Assembly: GCA_965662235.1 (NCBI GenBank)
Contig: CBFIGY010000004.1
Location: 1-64,000 of the forward strand
Length of the DNA: 64,000 nt
From: an uncultured bacterium
Lineage (GTDB): Bacteria; SAR324; NAC60-12
Direction: 5' to 3'
Made by a program: the position numbers and the translations under genes. The notes below the pieces were generated by a model. That model was not told the DNA's origin. It did not search any database and saw nothing but the letters and a program-made list of their open reading frames with translations. This document shows, one piece after another, positions 47,911-56,994 of the stretch. Numbering within the stretch: position 1 is the first letter of the stretch; every line of letters begins with the position of its first letter.

Positions 47911-48869
47911 GGGGCCTCTTTGGAAAACGCATAAAGGGAGCGGGCCTGAGCATCAAAGAACTCCACCTGCGCCTGCTGGGCATCAAACTGCAGCCACACG
48001 AATCCGGTATCGAGGTGCTGAAAGCGGAGCCGCGCCTGGCTGGTTTTCAGCTCTTCTGGAGCAGTGTCGCGGTAGTGCTTGCCCCCGGCGCCGCTGACGA
48101 TGAAGTCGGTGCTGACTCCAGGAAACTGCAGGTGCGCCAGGTGGTGGTCGTGTCCGGAGAGGTAGAAGTCAACCCGATCCGAGAGCAGCGAGTTCGCCAG
48201 CATTCGGGTGATGGCATCAGCATCTCCGTGGGTACCTGCCGAGTAGACGGGGTGGTGGGCAAACACGAGGGTCCAGGGCGTGCGAGGAGGCGCGTTCACC
48301 TTTTGAGCGAGCGTCCAGGCGGCGGGGCAGTTGGTGTTGAGGGCGTGCAGTTCCACGGGTCCGGCAGTGACGCTGTATTCCGGAGCCGGGAGCTTCCACT
48401 TGGCAGACTGAGCGGTGTACGACACTTCATGGAGCGCTGGCTGATGCACGTCATGGTTCCCCAGCACCGCCAGGAACGGGAGTTCCAGTTCCGCATAAAC
48501 GGACTCGAAGTGGCTCTGAAAAAGCGGGTCCTGCAGCGAGGGGGCTCCATCCGGATAGAGGTTGTCCCCCAGGTAGAGGACCGCATCGCACCCCTTTTCC
48601 GCACAGACCTGCTTCATGGCAGCGGCAACCTGACGCTGATCGGCGTCTCCGGAACCTGTATCACCGACAGCGATCAGGCGGAGGACGCCTGCGTTGGCAG
48701 GCTTCAGGGTGAGGCGGTCGTCCTCTTGCTGCAGAGGGGCCGTGACAATTGGGGCCTGCGGATTCACGCAGCCTTTGCGCACCGCCGCTTCATGAAGCCG
48801 CCACCCGGCGGTGCCGCCCAGTCCAAACAGCAATGCCACCCACAGGAAGAAGAAGAACGCCCGTTTCAT
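47907..48869 (-). CDS. Metallophosphoesterase (tartrate-resistant/purple acid phosphatase-like), membrane-anchored
   Basis: GDTG, LGDNLYPDG, LGNHD, HHP.YS.G.HG, SGHDH; N-terminal TM/signal segment. Confidence 0.88.
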   Translation of the reverse strand: MKRAFFFFLWVALLFGLGGTAGWRLHEAAVRKGCVNPQAPIVTAPLQQEDDRLTLKPANAGVLRLIAVGDTGSGDADQRQVAAAMKQVCAEKGCDAVLYLGDNLYPDGAPSLQDPLFQSHFESVYAELELPFLAVLGNHDVHQPALHEVSYTAQSAKWKLPAPEYSVTAGPVELHALNTNCPAAWTLAQKVNAPPRTPWTLVFAHHPVYSAGTHGDADAITRMLANSLLSDRVDFYLSGHDHHLAHLQFPGVSTDFIVSGAGGKHYRDTAPEELKTSQARLRFQHLDTGFVWLQFDAQQAQVEFFDAQARSLYAFSKEAP

Positions 48870-49480
48870 GAGCGTGCTCGGTGGGCTTCCACAGAAGCCA
48901 GGATCTGCTCCAGCTCCGGATCGGGCAGCTCGTGATGGCGAAGGACCTCAACGGTGTTACGGAGGTACTCCTCGCAGGTGCCTCGCTCGCCAGCGGCCTG
49001 AACGACCACTGCGGTAATGGCGTCTAGGCTGCGTTCCGGAACGTACAGGTCGGTGTCGCGGTTGACGACAAAGGCAATTGCCTCCACCGGACCCTGCGGT
49101 GTCTCAGCGGAGACCCATGCCGGGAGGTAGCTTTCGTCAAACATTTCCCGTTCCCACACCTCCAGCAGTTCCGTGTCTAGGTCGGAGGGTGTGATGTGAA
49201 AGACGCGTCCTCGGCAGCTGCCACCTTTGTCCAGTCCCAGCACCATTCCGGGCACCTCTGGGGTGCCGCGATAGACCTTTGATTCCACACAGAGGCGGCG
49301 GTGGTAGCCGGTCAGCAGGGCGTCTCGGGCCTCATCATGCCGAAAGCCGGGGTTCCAGATGAGCGAGCCATAGCCGAAGATCCACACCCCAGAGGTGACG
49401 TTGTGGCCCTCAAGGGTTTCTGCAATGGAAGCGCGCAGTTCAGGTTCCCCCCGGAGGCGGAACTGCTCCTTCAGGTTCAT
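48866..49480 (-). CDS. chaC: Glutathione-specific gamma-glutamylcyclotransferase (ChaC)
   Basis: WIFGYGSLIWNP, RGTPE.PG.VLGL..GGSC.G, WEREM, G..G...EYL. ATG at 49480 overlaps the ppnN stop. Confidence 0.88.
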   Translation of the reverse strand: MNLKEQFRLRGEPELRASIAETLEGHNVTSGVWIFGYGSLIWNPGFRHDEARDALLTGYHRRLCVESKVYRGTPEVPGMVLGLDKGGSCRGRVFHITPSDLDTELLEVWEREMFDESYLPAWVSAETPQGPVEAIAFVVNRDTDLYVPERSLDAITAVVVQAAGERGTCEEYLRNTVEVLRHHELPDPELEQILASVEAHRARS

Positions 49481-50889
49481 GCCGGATCTCCTGACACCAC
49501 CCGGTAGCAAGGCTGGTACTCACCCATGCCAGGAAGCTTCATGCGGTGCTGGTCACAGAAGGAGCGCAGCAGGACATCGAGCTGCTCCATCCACTCGCGC
49601 TTGCCGTGGATGGTGAAGGGGCCATGCGCTGCAACGGCTGCAACGCCTTCATCCTTGATGTTTCCGGAGACAATGCCTGAGAACATGCGTCGCAGGTTGG
49701 CGGCAAGTTCGTGCGGAGGCTGTCCCGGATTGAGGTTGAGCGCCGCCATGTTCTCATGAGTAGGGACAAACGGCTGCTGGAAGATCGGGTCGATGTGGAG
49801 GGTCCAGTTGAAGTAATAGGCATCGCGCCGGGAGCGTCGGAACTCCCGGACCCGCGGGACCGTCTGCTGCATCTGCCGTGCGACCTGCTCGGGATCACCG
49901 ACGATGATCTGGTAGTGCTTCCGAACCTCTTCTCCCAAGATGGAGACGATGAAGCGGTCGATCTGTTCAAAGTACTCCTTGCTCTCCTTGGGGCCAGTCA
50001 GAATGAGCGGAAAGGGAACCCCCTGATTTTCCGGGTGCATGAGGATGCCGAGGAGGTAGAGGATCTCTTCAGCGGTGCCGGCGCCTCCGGGGAAGATGAT
50101 GAAGCCGTGTCCCATACGGACAAACGACTCCAACCGCTTCTCAATGTCGGGCATGATGACCAGCGTGTTGACCATGGGGTTCGGGGCCTCTGAGGCAATG
50201 ATGCCGGGTTCCGTGAGGCCAATGTAGCGTCCGTGCCGGTTGCGCTGCTTGGCGTGTCCCACGGCAGCGCCCTTCATGGGGCCCTTCATGGCGCCGGGGC
50301 CGCAGCCGGTGCAGATGTTGAAGCCTCGCAGGCCAAGGTGGTAGCCGACTTCCTTGGTGTATTGGTACTCGGTGTAGTTGATGGAGTGCCCCCCCCAGCA
50401 GACAATGAGGTTGAAGGGGATCAGGTGGTCGAGGACTCCGGCATTGCGCAGAATGTGGAAGATGAAGTCGGTGATGCCCTCAGAGGTTTTCAGGTCGAAG
50501 CGGTCGGAGGCTTCCAGCTGGTTGCTGACGTAGATGATGTCGCGGAGCACGGAAAACAGGTGCTCCCGGATGCCCTGAAGCATCACCTCGTCCACAAACG
50601 CTGTGTCCGGAGCCCCTTCGACTTCTAGGCGGACCCCACGGGCCTGAGGGACAATCTGAATGTCAAAGTCCGGGAACATCCGGAGCAGCTCGGCGCCGCT
50701 GTCGGTTTCGTTTCCTGTGTTGAGCACGGCGAGGGCGCAGCGCCGAAACACGTTGTAGAGGCCGCCTTCGTTGCTGTCTCGGAGCTTCTTGATCTCACGC
50801 AGCGAGAGGAAGTCGAGGGCCCCCTCGGGCTTGATGCGGACTTTTTTAGAGGAGTGGGGAACGGGCGCCTCGGCGGTAAAAGCAGGCAT
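49477..50889 (-). CDS. ppnN: Nucleotide 5'-monophosphate nucleosidase (LOG family)
   Basis: FRRCALAVLN.G, GIREHLFSVLRDI, VCWGGHSI, CTGCGPGAMKGPMKGA, PGGAGTAEE, LRRMFSGIVSGN.K, RMKLPG. Confidence 0.94.
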   Translation of the reverse strand: MPAFTAEAPVPHSSKKVRIKPEGALDFLSLREIKKLRDSNEGGLYNVFRRCALAVLNTGNETDSGAELLRMFPDFDIQIVPQARGVRLEVEGAPDTAFVDEVMLQGIREHLFSVLRDIIYVSNQLEASDRFDLKTSEGITDFIFHILRNAGVLDHLIPFNLIVCWGGHSINYTEYQYTKEVGYHLGLRGFNICTGCGPGAMKGPMKGAAVGHAKQRNRHGRYIGLTEPGIIASEAPNPMVNTLVIMPDIEKRLESFVRMGHGFIIFPGGAGTAEEILYLLGILMHPENQGVPFPLILTGPKESKEYFEQIDRFIVSILGEEVRKHYQIIVGDPEQVARQMQQTVPRVREFRRSRRDAYYFNWTLHIDPIFQQPFVPTHENMAALNLNPGQPPHELAANLRRMFSGIVSGNIKDEGVAAVAAHGPFTIHGKREWMEQLDVLLRSFCDQHRMKLPGMGEYQPCYRVVSGDPA

Positions 50890-50965
50890 GCGGTGGCCTC
50901 ACAATTAGGTTGAGGAGGAACTCCGGAAGGGGCAGGCCCTTCTCGGAGGGAAACAAAGGAAGTGA

Positions 50966-51005
50966 TGAGTCCGGGATGACCATCCCAGTGGCGTCAGGAC
51001 GCTCA
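50966..51005 (-). other. Putative bacterial SECIS element
   Basis: Minus-strand RNA reads UGAG(CG)UCC...GGGAU-GGUC-AUCCC-GGACUCA. The apical loop starts with G, 21 nt after the UGA, and the lower stem includes the UGA. Confidence 0.55.
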
Positions 51006-51197
51006 GCGGAAGGGGCTGTTGCCTCCACCGGAGCAGCCTCCGGAGCTTCCTCCAGCGACCGCAAAACCGCTCAACTCACGATGGGTTTGAGAGGAACCGC
51101 ACTCCGGACAGGCGATGGGCTGGTCCATTTCTGCAGACTTCCGCAACTCGGTGAAGTCGGTCCGGCAGTTTTCGCAATGGTAGTCGTAGAGGGGCAT
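51003..51197 (-). CDS. FmdB-family zinc-ribbon protein, possibly a selenoprotein (UGA read-through to 50994)
   Basis: MPLYDYHCENC...CPECGS...LSGF zinc ribbon; Gly-rich tail GGCSGGGNSPFR then TGA GCG TCC TGA. Confidence 0.85.
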   Translation of the reverse strand: MPLYDYHCENCRTDFTELRKSAEMDQPIACPECGSSQTHRELSGFAVAGGSSGGCSGGGNSPFR

Positions 51198-51201
51198 GGC
51201 G

Positions 51202-52332
51202 TCACTGGAGTGAAGGGTGATTTTGGTAAAGCTCGGTGCGCTTGAGGAAGGCCTCTCGGGCGATGCGGACGTCTTCCAGGAACAGGGGCAGCTCTTCCAT
51301 GCGGAGGGCTTGGGGGCCGTCGACGAAGGCCTCAGTGGGTTCCGGATGGAAGTCAATCAGGACCATGTTGGCGCCGGCAATGATGCCCTGGGCGGTGGCA
51401 TGCAACACATCGAGGATGCCTTCGGGACCTTCTTCACGGGTGCCCACCGAGTGAGACGGGTCGATGCAGACGGGCATCCGGGTCTGGCGTCGCACCACGG
51501 GGACGTGGGGGAAGTCCACCATGTTGCGGTGCGGGGCGCCAAAGCCGGTCTTCATTCCCCGGAGGCAGAAGACGATGTGGCTGTTGCCCTCACTGGCGAG
51601 GTACTCAGCGGCGTTGAGGGATTCGTTCAAGGAGATGCCAAAGCCCCGTTTCAGCAACACCGGATAGGTCTGCTGCCGCCCGATCACCTTGAGCAGCTCA
51701 AAGTTTTGGGTGTTGCGGGTGCCAATCTGAAGCATCACGCCGGTGGGGCGTCCGAGTTTCTCGAGAACCTCGTCGATCTCTTCAACGTGGCTGTCGTGGG
51801 TGACTTCCATGGCAATGACCTTGATGCCGTACTTGCCTGCGAGTTCAAAGACGTAGGGCAGGCAGTCCTTTCCGTGTCCCTGAAAGGCGTAGGGACTGGT
51901 CCGGGGCTTGTACGCGCCCATGCGGGTGCAGGTCAGCCCATGCTCCTGAAGCGCCTGCATCATGCGTTCAACGTTTTTCGGGTTGTCAACCGCGCAGAGG
52001 CCAGGGAAGAGGTTGAGCGTTTCCTGACTGAAGCGGACGCCGTTGTACTCAAAGTCGAGCGAGGGCGTTCCGGCGGCATGACGTCCCAGGATGCGGAACT
52101 CGTGGGAGATGCGGACCACGCGTTCCACGGCCGGAAGGGCTTCAATGGAATCGAGCGAGAGCGCCCGGGTGTTGCCAATGAGGTAGATTTCGGTGAGTCG
52201 CTGACCCTGTCCCTGAACGTGGTTCAGGCGAAGCTGAATGTCCGGAAGGGCTTGCAGGTAGCTTTGGGTCTGCCGATAGGCCTCAGAGGACTCATCGGTG
52301 TTGGGATGAAGGATAACAAGCATGGAGGCCAC
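51202..52332 (-). CDS. aroF: 3-deoxy-7-phosphoheptulonate (DAHP) synthase, type I-beta, with N-terminal regulatory domain
   Basis: PGLCAVD, GAYKPRTSPYAFQG, QIGTRNTQNFELL, LLKRG, DPSHS.G, HP.P..A..DG.Q. Start GTG 52332 or ATG 52323. Confidence 0.9.
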   Translation of the reverse strand: MASMLVILHPNTDESSEAYRQTQSYLQALPDIQLRLNHVQGQGQRLTEIYLIGNTRALSLDSIEALPAVERVVRISHEFRILGRHAAGTPSLDFEYNGVRFSQETLNLFPGLCAVDNPKNVERMMQALQEHGLTCTRMGAYKPRTSPYAFQGHGKDCLPYVFELAGKYGIKVIAMEVTHDSHVEEIDEVLEKLGRPTGVMLQIGTRNTQNFELLKVIGRQQTYPVLLKRGFGISLNESLNAAEYLASEGNSHIVFCLRGMKTGFGAPHRNMVDFPHVPVVRRQTRMPVCIDPSHSVGTREEGPEGILDVLHATAQGIIAGANMVLIDFHPEPTEAFVDGPQALRMEELPLFLEDVRIAREAFLKRTELYQNHPSLQ

Positions 52333-52419
52333 TGATGGTGGTTGAGCAAAAAGCGGTAACGCACCAGTCTCGGCAAGACGGCAGGCAGGTGCAAGTGGAT
52401 TGGTGGGGCGAGGCGAGGG

Positions 52420-53130
52420 CTACTTATTGAGCGCGAGGCGCTTGAGCTTGAACAGCTCGGTTTCCAGCTCTAGGGCGTTGGTGCCACTGGGGAGGGCGTC
52501 GAGGACGAATTGAGCCGTCCGGATGACGAGGGCCGGTTTGGGACGAGACGGGACCCGGTCGATGTGCAGGTAGCGGTCGAGGGTTCGGGTGCGTTCGGTG
52601 CTGCGGTCGATGTACACCGACCAGAGTCCACTTTCCATGGCCAGCTGGATCTTGCTCTTCTGAGTGAAGCGGGTCCAGTACTCAAGGCTGAGCTGAATGA
52701 CGATCACCACCTGCTGCTGGAGGAGCGTGGGATCCTCTTCGGCAGCCTGTTCTTCGTTGAACTCATGGTCCTCGTGGGGCTGGTTGACCTTATCCAGCGC
52801 TTGCTCCAGTTCGGTCAGGGTGAAGGGCTTGCGGAGGAAAGCGGTGGCGCCAAGGTCAATGGAGTCAAGGGCGACATCAAGGTTGGCGTGTCCGGTGATG
52901 ATGATGAAGGGGCAGACGATGCCTTCCGTCCGGGTTTTCCGGATCATCTCAATCCCTTCAAGGTCTGGGAGCTTGAGATCCGTGACGATGATGTCAAAGG
53001 GTTCTTGCAGGACGGCTGCAAGAGCGGGGGTGGCGCGATCAAACGAGTGAGGATCGTGCCCCAAGGAAAGGAGGGCGCTGGTCAGCGAACTACGAAGCGT
53101 GTCGTCATCCTCAACGAGCAGAACCTTCAT
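52420..53130 (-). CDS. Response regulator with an uncharacterised C-terminal output domain
   Basis: REC domain (LLVEDD, VTDLKLP, ITGH, FLRKPF), acidic linker, then a ~95-aa non-canonical domain. Confidence 0.85.
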   Translation of the reverse strand: MKVLLVEDDDTLRSSLTSALLSLGHDPHSFDRATPALAAVLQEPFDIIVTDLKLPDLEGIEMIRKTRTEGIVCPFIIITGHANLDVALDSIDLGATAFLRKPFTLTELEQALDKVNQPHEDHEFNEEQAAEEDPTLLQQQVVIVIQLSLEYWTRFTQKSKIQLAMESGLWSVYIDRSTERTRTLDRYLHIDRVPSRPKPALVIRTAQFVLDALPSGTNALELETELFKLKRLALNK

Positions 53131-53163
53131 ACGGGAGCAATGGGGGGAAGACGGCGAAGAGAT

Positions 53164-53183
53164 GGGAGGAGCGAACTCCTCCC
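53164..53183 (-). terminator. Hairpin downstream of the cytochrome c gene
   Basis: Minus strand GGGAGGAG-UUCG-CUCCUCCC about 10 nt after the stop, followed by a weak pyrimidine tail. Confidence 0.55.
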
Positions 53184-53193
53184 GTTCTCATGG

Positions 53194-55128
53194 TTACTGG
53201 AGGGTCAGGATGTAGGCGGCGATGTTCTTCATGCCGGCTTCATCAAGAGCCATGGACATGGGAGCCATCTGCTTGCCGTACATGTCATCTTGGTGACTGC
53301 CGCGGATGCCGGCCTTGAAGTTGGAGAGCTGCCGGACGAGGTACCAGTCCGGAAGTCCCGCCAGCTTCGGAGCATTGAGGGCTTGGTTTCCAGCACCGTC
53401 TGCACCGTGACAGCCCGCGCAGGTTGCGTAGGCGGCCTGTCCAGCAGCGGCGTCTCCATCGAGGGTGGCTGGGAGCGGGGCTCCGCTGAGGCCGCTGATG
53501 TACTCACCGAGGGCCTGCATGTCGGCTTCGCTGAGGGCCATGGACATGGGGGCCATCTGCTTGCCATACATATCATCCGCGTGAGAGCCCCGGATGCCAG
53601 CCTTGAAGTTGGCCAGCTGGCGAGCAATGTACCACGGTGCCTGGCCTGCTAGGTGCGGAGCGTTGAGGGCTTGGTTGCCGGCACCGTCGGCACCGTGACA
53701 ACCGGCGCAGGTTCCATACAGGGCCTGTCCGTTTGAGGCAGAAGCCGTTGCCGCCGCCGCCGTATCCGTGCTGGCAGCCGGCGCTGCCGCTACCACCGGA
53801 GTGGTGTCGATTTCGCCTTCACGCAGCGTAGCAACGTAGGTGGCGAGGTCAACAATGCCTTGGTCGCTCAGTCCCGCAGCCATCGGAGCCATTTGCTGCC
53901 CATAGGTGTCTTTCGGGTTGCGGCCTCGAGCACCTTCGCGGAAGTAGGTCAGCTGCCGAGCAACGTACCAATCCGGCATGCCGGCGAGCTTCGGAGCATT
54001 GAGGGCTTGGTTTCCGGCACCATCGGCACCGTGGCAGGAGGCACAGACGGCGTAGGCGGCGCGTCCCGCATTCACGTCCCCGGCCAGGGTCGCGCGGGGG
54101 TAGGGCGCCTGATAGTTAGCAGCCTGAGTGGCGAGACTCTGGATCTCTTCATCGGTCAGGGACATGGCGAGGGGCCGCATCTGCATGCCGTACATGTCGA
54201 TGGGGTGAACGCCCCGGATGCCTTCTTGCCAGTTCTTCAGCTGCCGGGCCAAGTACCAGTCGTGCTGACCTGCCAGTCGGGGGGCGCTGAGGCGCTCGTT
54301 GCCCTGGGCGTTGTTGCCGTGACAGGAGGCGCAGACGGCCCAAGAGGCGTCGGCCTCAAGGGGGTTGTCATAAGGAACGTACTGTCCTGCTACCTGTCCG
54401 GTGGCCATGGCAGCCATCGGTTGCGGTGCAGCCTGTGCTTCAGCTGCCGGAGCCGGAGTAGCGGCCATCAGAGCATCTGCAGAAGGCTTCGGCGGGGTGA
54501 GGCCACTCATGGTCGCAATGTAGGCAGCCAGGTCGTTCATGCTCTGAGGCGTCAGGGCCAGCGACATGGGACGCATCTGCTGTCCGTAGGTGTCCTTCTT
54601 GTGAACCCCTCGGTAGCCCTTCTGGAAGCTGTTGAGCTGGGTGACAATGTACCAGTCCGGCAGACCCGCCAGCTTGGGCGCGTTGAGGGCTTCGTTGCCT
54701 TCACCCTGGGCGCCATGGCAGGCCATGCAGGTGCCATAAGCCGTCTTGCCCGCATCCGGATTGCCAGGAACCGTGGCTTCCAGAGGCTGAGGCTTCAGGG
54801 TGCCAATGTAGGCGACCACGCTCTCCATTTCGGCTTCAGTTGACAGCGTCAGGGCAAAGGCCTTCATCTGCTGTCCGGTGACGTCGTCTGCGTGGGTGCC
54901 GCGAACTCCGCCCTTGAAGTTCTTCAACTGCCGAAGCAGGTACCAGCTGTGCTGACCGGCAATGGCTGGGGCCGATGAAAGCTCCTTACCTTCACCGTTC
55001 TTTCCGTGACAGTTCACGCAGTTGTAATAGAGCACGGATCCACGCTGGATGTCTCCGGCGGCAAACACTGTTGGAGCAATCAAGGATCCTGCAACAATCA
55101 GCCAGCTCGCGACCAGCAAACGTTTCAT
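53194..55128 (-). CDS. Periplasmic hexaheme cytochrome c (three tandem c4-type diheme units)
   Basis: Signal peptide; six CxxCH motifs (CVNCH, CMACH, CASCH twice, CAGCH twice), each followed by AP.(L/I)AG...WY...QL and G.QM. Start 55128 or 55140. Confidence 0.92.
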   Translation of the reverse strand: MKRLLVASWLIVAGSLIAPTVFAAGDIQRGSVLYYNCVNCHGKNGEGKELSSAPAIAGQHSWYLLRQLKNFKGGVRGTHADDVTGQQMKAFALTLSTEAEMESVVAYIGTLKPQPLEATVPGNPDAGKTAYGTCMACHGAQGEGNEALNAPKLAGLPDWYIVTQLNSFQKGYRGVHKKDTYGQQMRPMSLALTPQSMNDLAAYIATMSGLTPPKPSADALMAATPAPAAEAQAAPQPMAAMATGQVAGQYVPYDNPLEADASWAVCASCHGNNAQGNERLSAPRLAGQHDWYLARQLKNWQEGIRGVHPIDMYGMQMRPLAMSLTDEEIQSLATQAANYQAPYPRATLAGDVNAGRAAYAVCASCHGADGAGNQALNAPKLAGMPDWYVARQLTYFREGARGRNPKDTYGQQMAPMAAGLSDQGIVDLATYVATLREGEIDTTPVVAAAPAASTDTAAAATASASNGQALYGTCAGCHGADGAGNQALNAPHLAGQAPWYIARQLANFKAGIRGSHADDMYGKQMAPMSMALSEADMQALGEYISGLSGAPLPATLDGDAAAGQAAYATCAGCHGADGAGNQALNAPKLAGLPDWYLVRQLSNFKAGIRGSHQDDMYGKQMAPMSMALDEAGMKNIAAYILTLQ

Positions 55129-55482
55129 TGTGATTTCCATGGTGATGGACAGTCAGGGTTGGAGTCAGGGGCCCAGACACATCTGCCTGAGTGAAGCTCT
55201 AGTGAGCGAACAAAAACTGCGATAAGCTAACAAGGCTTTATGGAAACCGCAACCCAAACTTACCCCCAACGAGGTCCGGGTTTCTCAAGCCGATTGAGGG
55301 GCATTTGAGTGGGTTCCCTCTGGCCTGTTCCCTGGGGCCCATGCGTTGATTTCACCCCGGAAGTGCGAGGTGGTGGAAAAAACTTTATGCTTCCTGAAGC
55401 GTCCCGTACGCTGAAAGTGATCCCCACTTTGGGTTCCTGACCTCGGACGAGGTCGCTGCCTCTTCCCCTTTTCTGAAGCTCC

Positions 55483-56199
55483 ATGAACTACCGCCTTCCG
55501 GAGGCCAGCGAAAAATCGGCCTACGTTGAACAAAAGTTTGATGAGATTGCCCGGCAGTACGACCGGTTCAATGACCTGATCACCTTTGGCCTGCACCGTT
55601 ACTGGAAGCGCTTTGTGGCTCGGCAGACGGGGCTGCGAGACGGAGAGCGGTGCCTGGACCTGTGCTGCGGCACCGGAGACATTGCGCAGGCGGTGCTCCG
55701 GCAGCACCCCGGCGTGGAGGTCATCGGCCTGGACTTTGCGAAGGAGATGCTGGACCTCGCCAAGCAACGCACTTCCCAAGGAATCACCTACCTCCGGGGC
55801 GATGCGATGGCCCTGCCGTTTCCGGAGGGGCACTTTGATGCTGTGACCGTGGGGTACGGGCTCCGGAATGTGCCCGACCTGCAGGGAGCCCTGGCCGAGA
55901 TCCTCCGGGTGTTGAAGCCCGGGGGGACCCTGGTGAGCCTAGATGTCGGGAAGGTGCGGGTGCCGGTGGTGGATGCACTGAGCCGGCTCTTCTTCTTCCG
56001 GGTGGTGCCCCGCATTGGCGAACTGCTGATGCCTGGGCAGGAAATGTTCACGTACCTTCCGGAGTCCTCCCGGGCGTATCCCGACCAGGAAACGCTGCGG
56101 CGGATTCTGCTTGAAGCCGGCTTCTGCAATGTCCTGATTGAGGATTTTGTGTTTGGGGCCTCCACCGTCCATGTGGCGTACCGGCCGATAACCGCTTGA
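55483..56199 (+). CDS. ubiE: Ubiquinone/menaquinone biosynthesis C-methyltransferase (UbiE/MenG)
   Basis: FDEIARQYDRFNDL.TFGLHRYWK, LDLCCGTGD, GDAMALPF, YGLRNV, RVLKPGG, YLPES. Confidence 0.92.
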   Translation: MNYRLPEASEKSAYVEQKFDEIARQYDRFNDLITFGLHRYWKRFVARQTGLRDGERCLDLCCGTGDIAQAVLRQHPGVEVIGLDFAKEMLDLAKQRTSQGITYLRGDAMALPFPEGHFDAVTVGYGLRNVPDLQGALAEILRVLKPGGTLVSLDVGKVRVPVVDALSRLFFFRVVPRIGELLMPGQEMFTYLPESSRAYPDQETLRRILLEAGFCNVLIEDFVFGASTVHVAYRPITA

Positions 56200-56263
56200 G
56201 CTTTTCCCTGAGCTTTTTGATACTTGCGGTGTTTTGAACTGCCTATTCCGCTTTTGGACGCTT

Positions 56264-56518
56264 ATGCCTCAGCTCCGGATGTGGGGAGTGCTTGCTGTCG
56301 TGCCTCTGTTGGGGTGCGCGTCGGCTGAGCCTCCGCCCCCGCTCTCGCCGACCCAGGAAGCGGCCCTCCGCCTTGAAGAAGCGCACCGGGCGCTCCCAGA
56401 ACGGGAGCACTCGTCCCTCATTCCTTACTACCGCTACGGAGAGGAAGGGAAATCGCTAGAGTTCATTCCACGCCGCGAGGTGTATCCCCGAGTCATCTAT
56501 CCCGAAAAAAAAGAGTGA
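56264..56518 (+). CDS. Small hypothetical lipoprotein
   Basis: Short hydrophobic stretch with lipobox LLGC, Pro-rich linker, GTGA overlap with the next gene. Confidence 0.55.
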   Translation: MPQLRMWGVLAVVPLLGCASAEPPPPLSPTQEAALRLEEAHRALPEREHSSLIPYYRYGEEGKSLEFIPRREVYPRVIYPEKKE

Positions 56519-56994
56519 CCGCTTCTCCCCCTCTTAGTGACCGTGACCTTCGGAGCATCCTTCGGGAGGTCCGGAGCATTGCCGTTGTGGGCGCCTCCAC
56601 CAACTGGAAGCGTCCGAGTTATTTTGTCATGAAGTACCTGGCGCAGAAGGGGTACCGCATGCTGCCGGTCAATCCGGGCGCTGCGGGACAGACCCTGCTC
56701 GGGGAAACGGTCCGTTCCGAGCTGTCGGAGGTGGGACCCGTGGACATGGTGGAGGTCTTTCGCCGGAGCGAAGAGGCACCCGCGATTGCCCGTGAAGCGG
56801 TGCGCTGCGGAGCCAAGGTGCTTTGGCTGCAGATTGGAGTGGTGAGCGAAGAGGCACAGGCCATTGCCGAAGCCGGAGGCCTGACGGTGGTGATGGACCG
56901 CTGTCCCAAGATCGAGTACTCCCGCCTCTGGGGAGAGCTGGGCTGGCAGGGCATCAACACCGGCGTCATCTCCAGCCGCAGGAGGCGCGCATGA
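56515..56994 (+). CDS. CoA-binding protein (YccU-like)
   Basis: IAVVGAS, RPSYFVMKYL, PVNP, VDMVEVFR, WLQIG, VMDRCPKIE. Confidence 0.9.
   Translation: MTASPPLSDRDLRSILREVRSIAVVGASTNWKRPSYFVMKYLAQKGYRMLPVNPGAAGQTLLGETVRSELSEVGPVDMVEVFRRSEEAPAIAREAVRCGAKVLWLQIGVVSEEAQAIAEAGGLTVVMDRCPKIEYSRLWGELGWQGINTGVISSRRRRA

Noticed and set aside
50846..50996. Read-through of the second UGA after the FmdB ORF
   Set aside because: It would run out of frame into ppnN and give a low-complexity product; the hairpin spacing fits the first UGA better.
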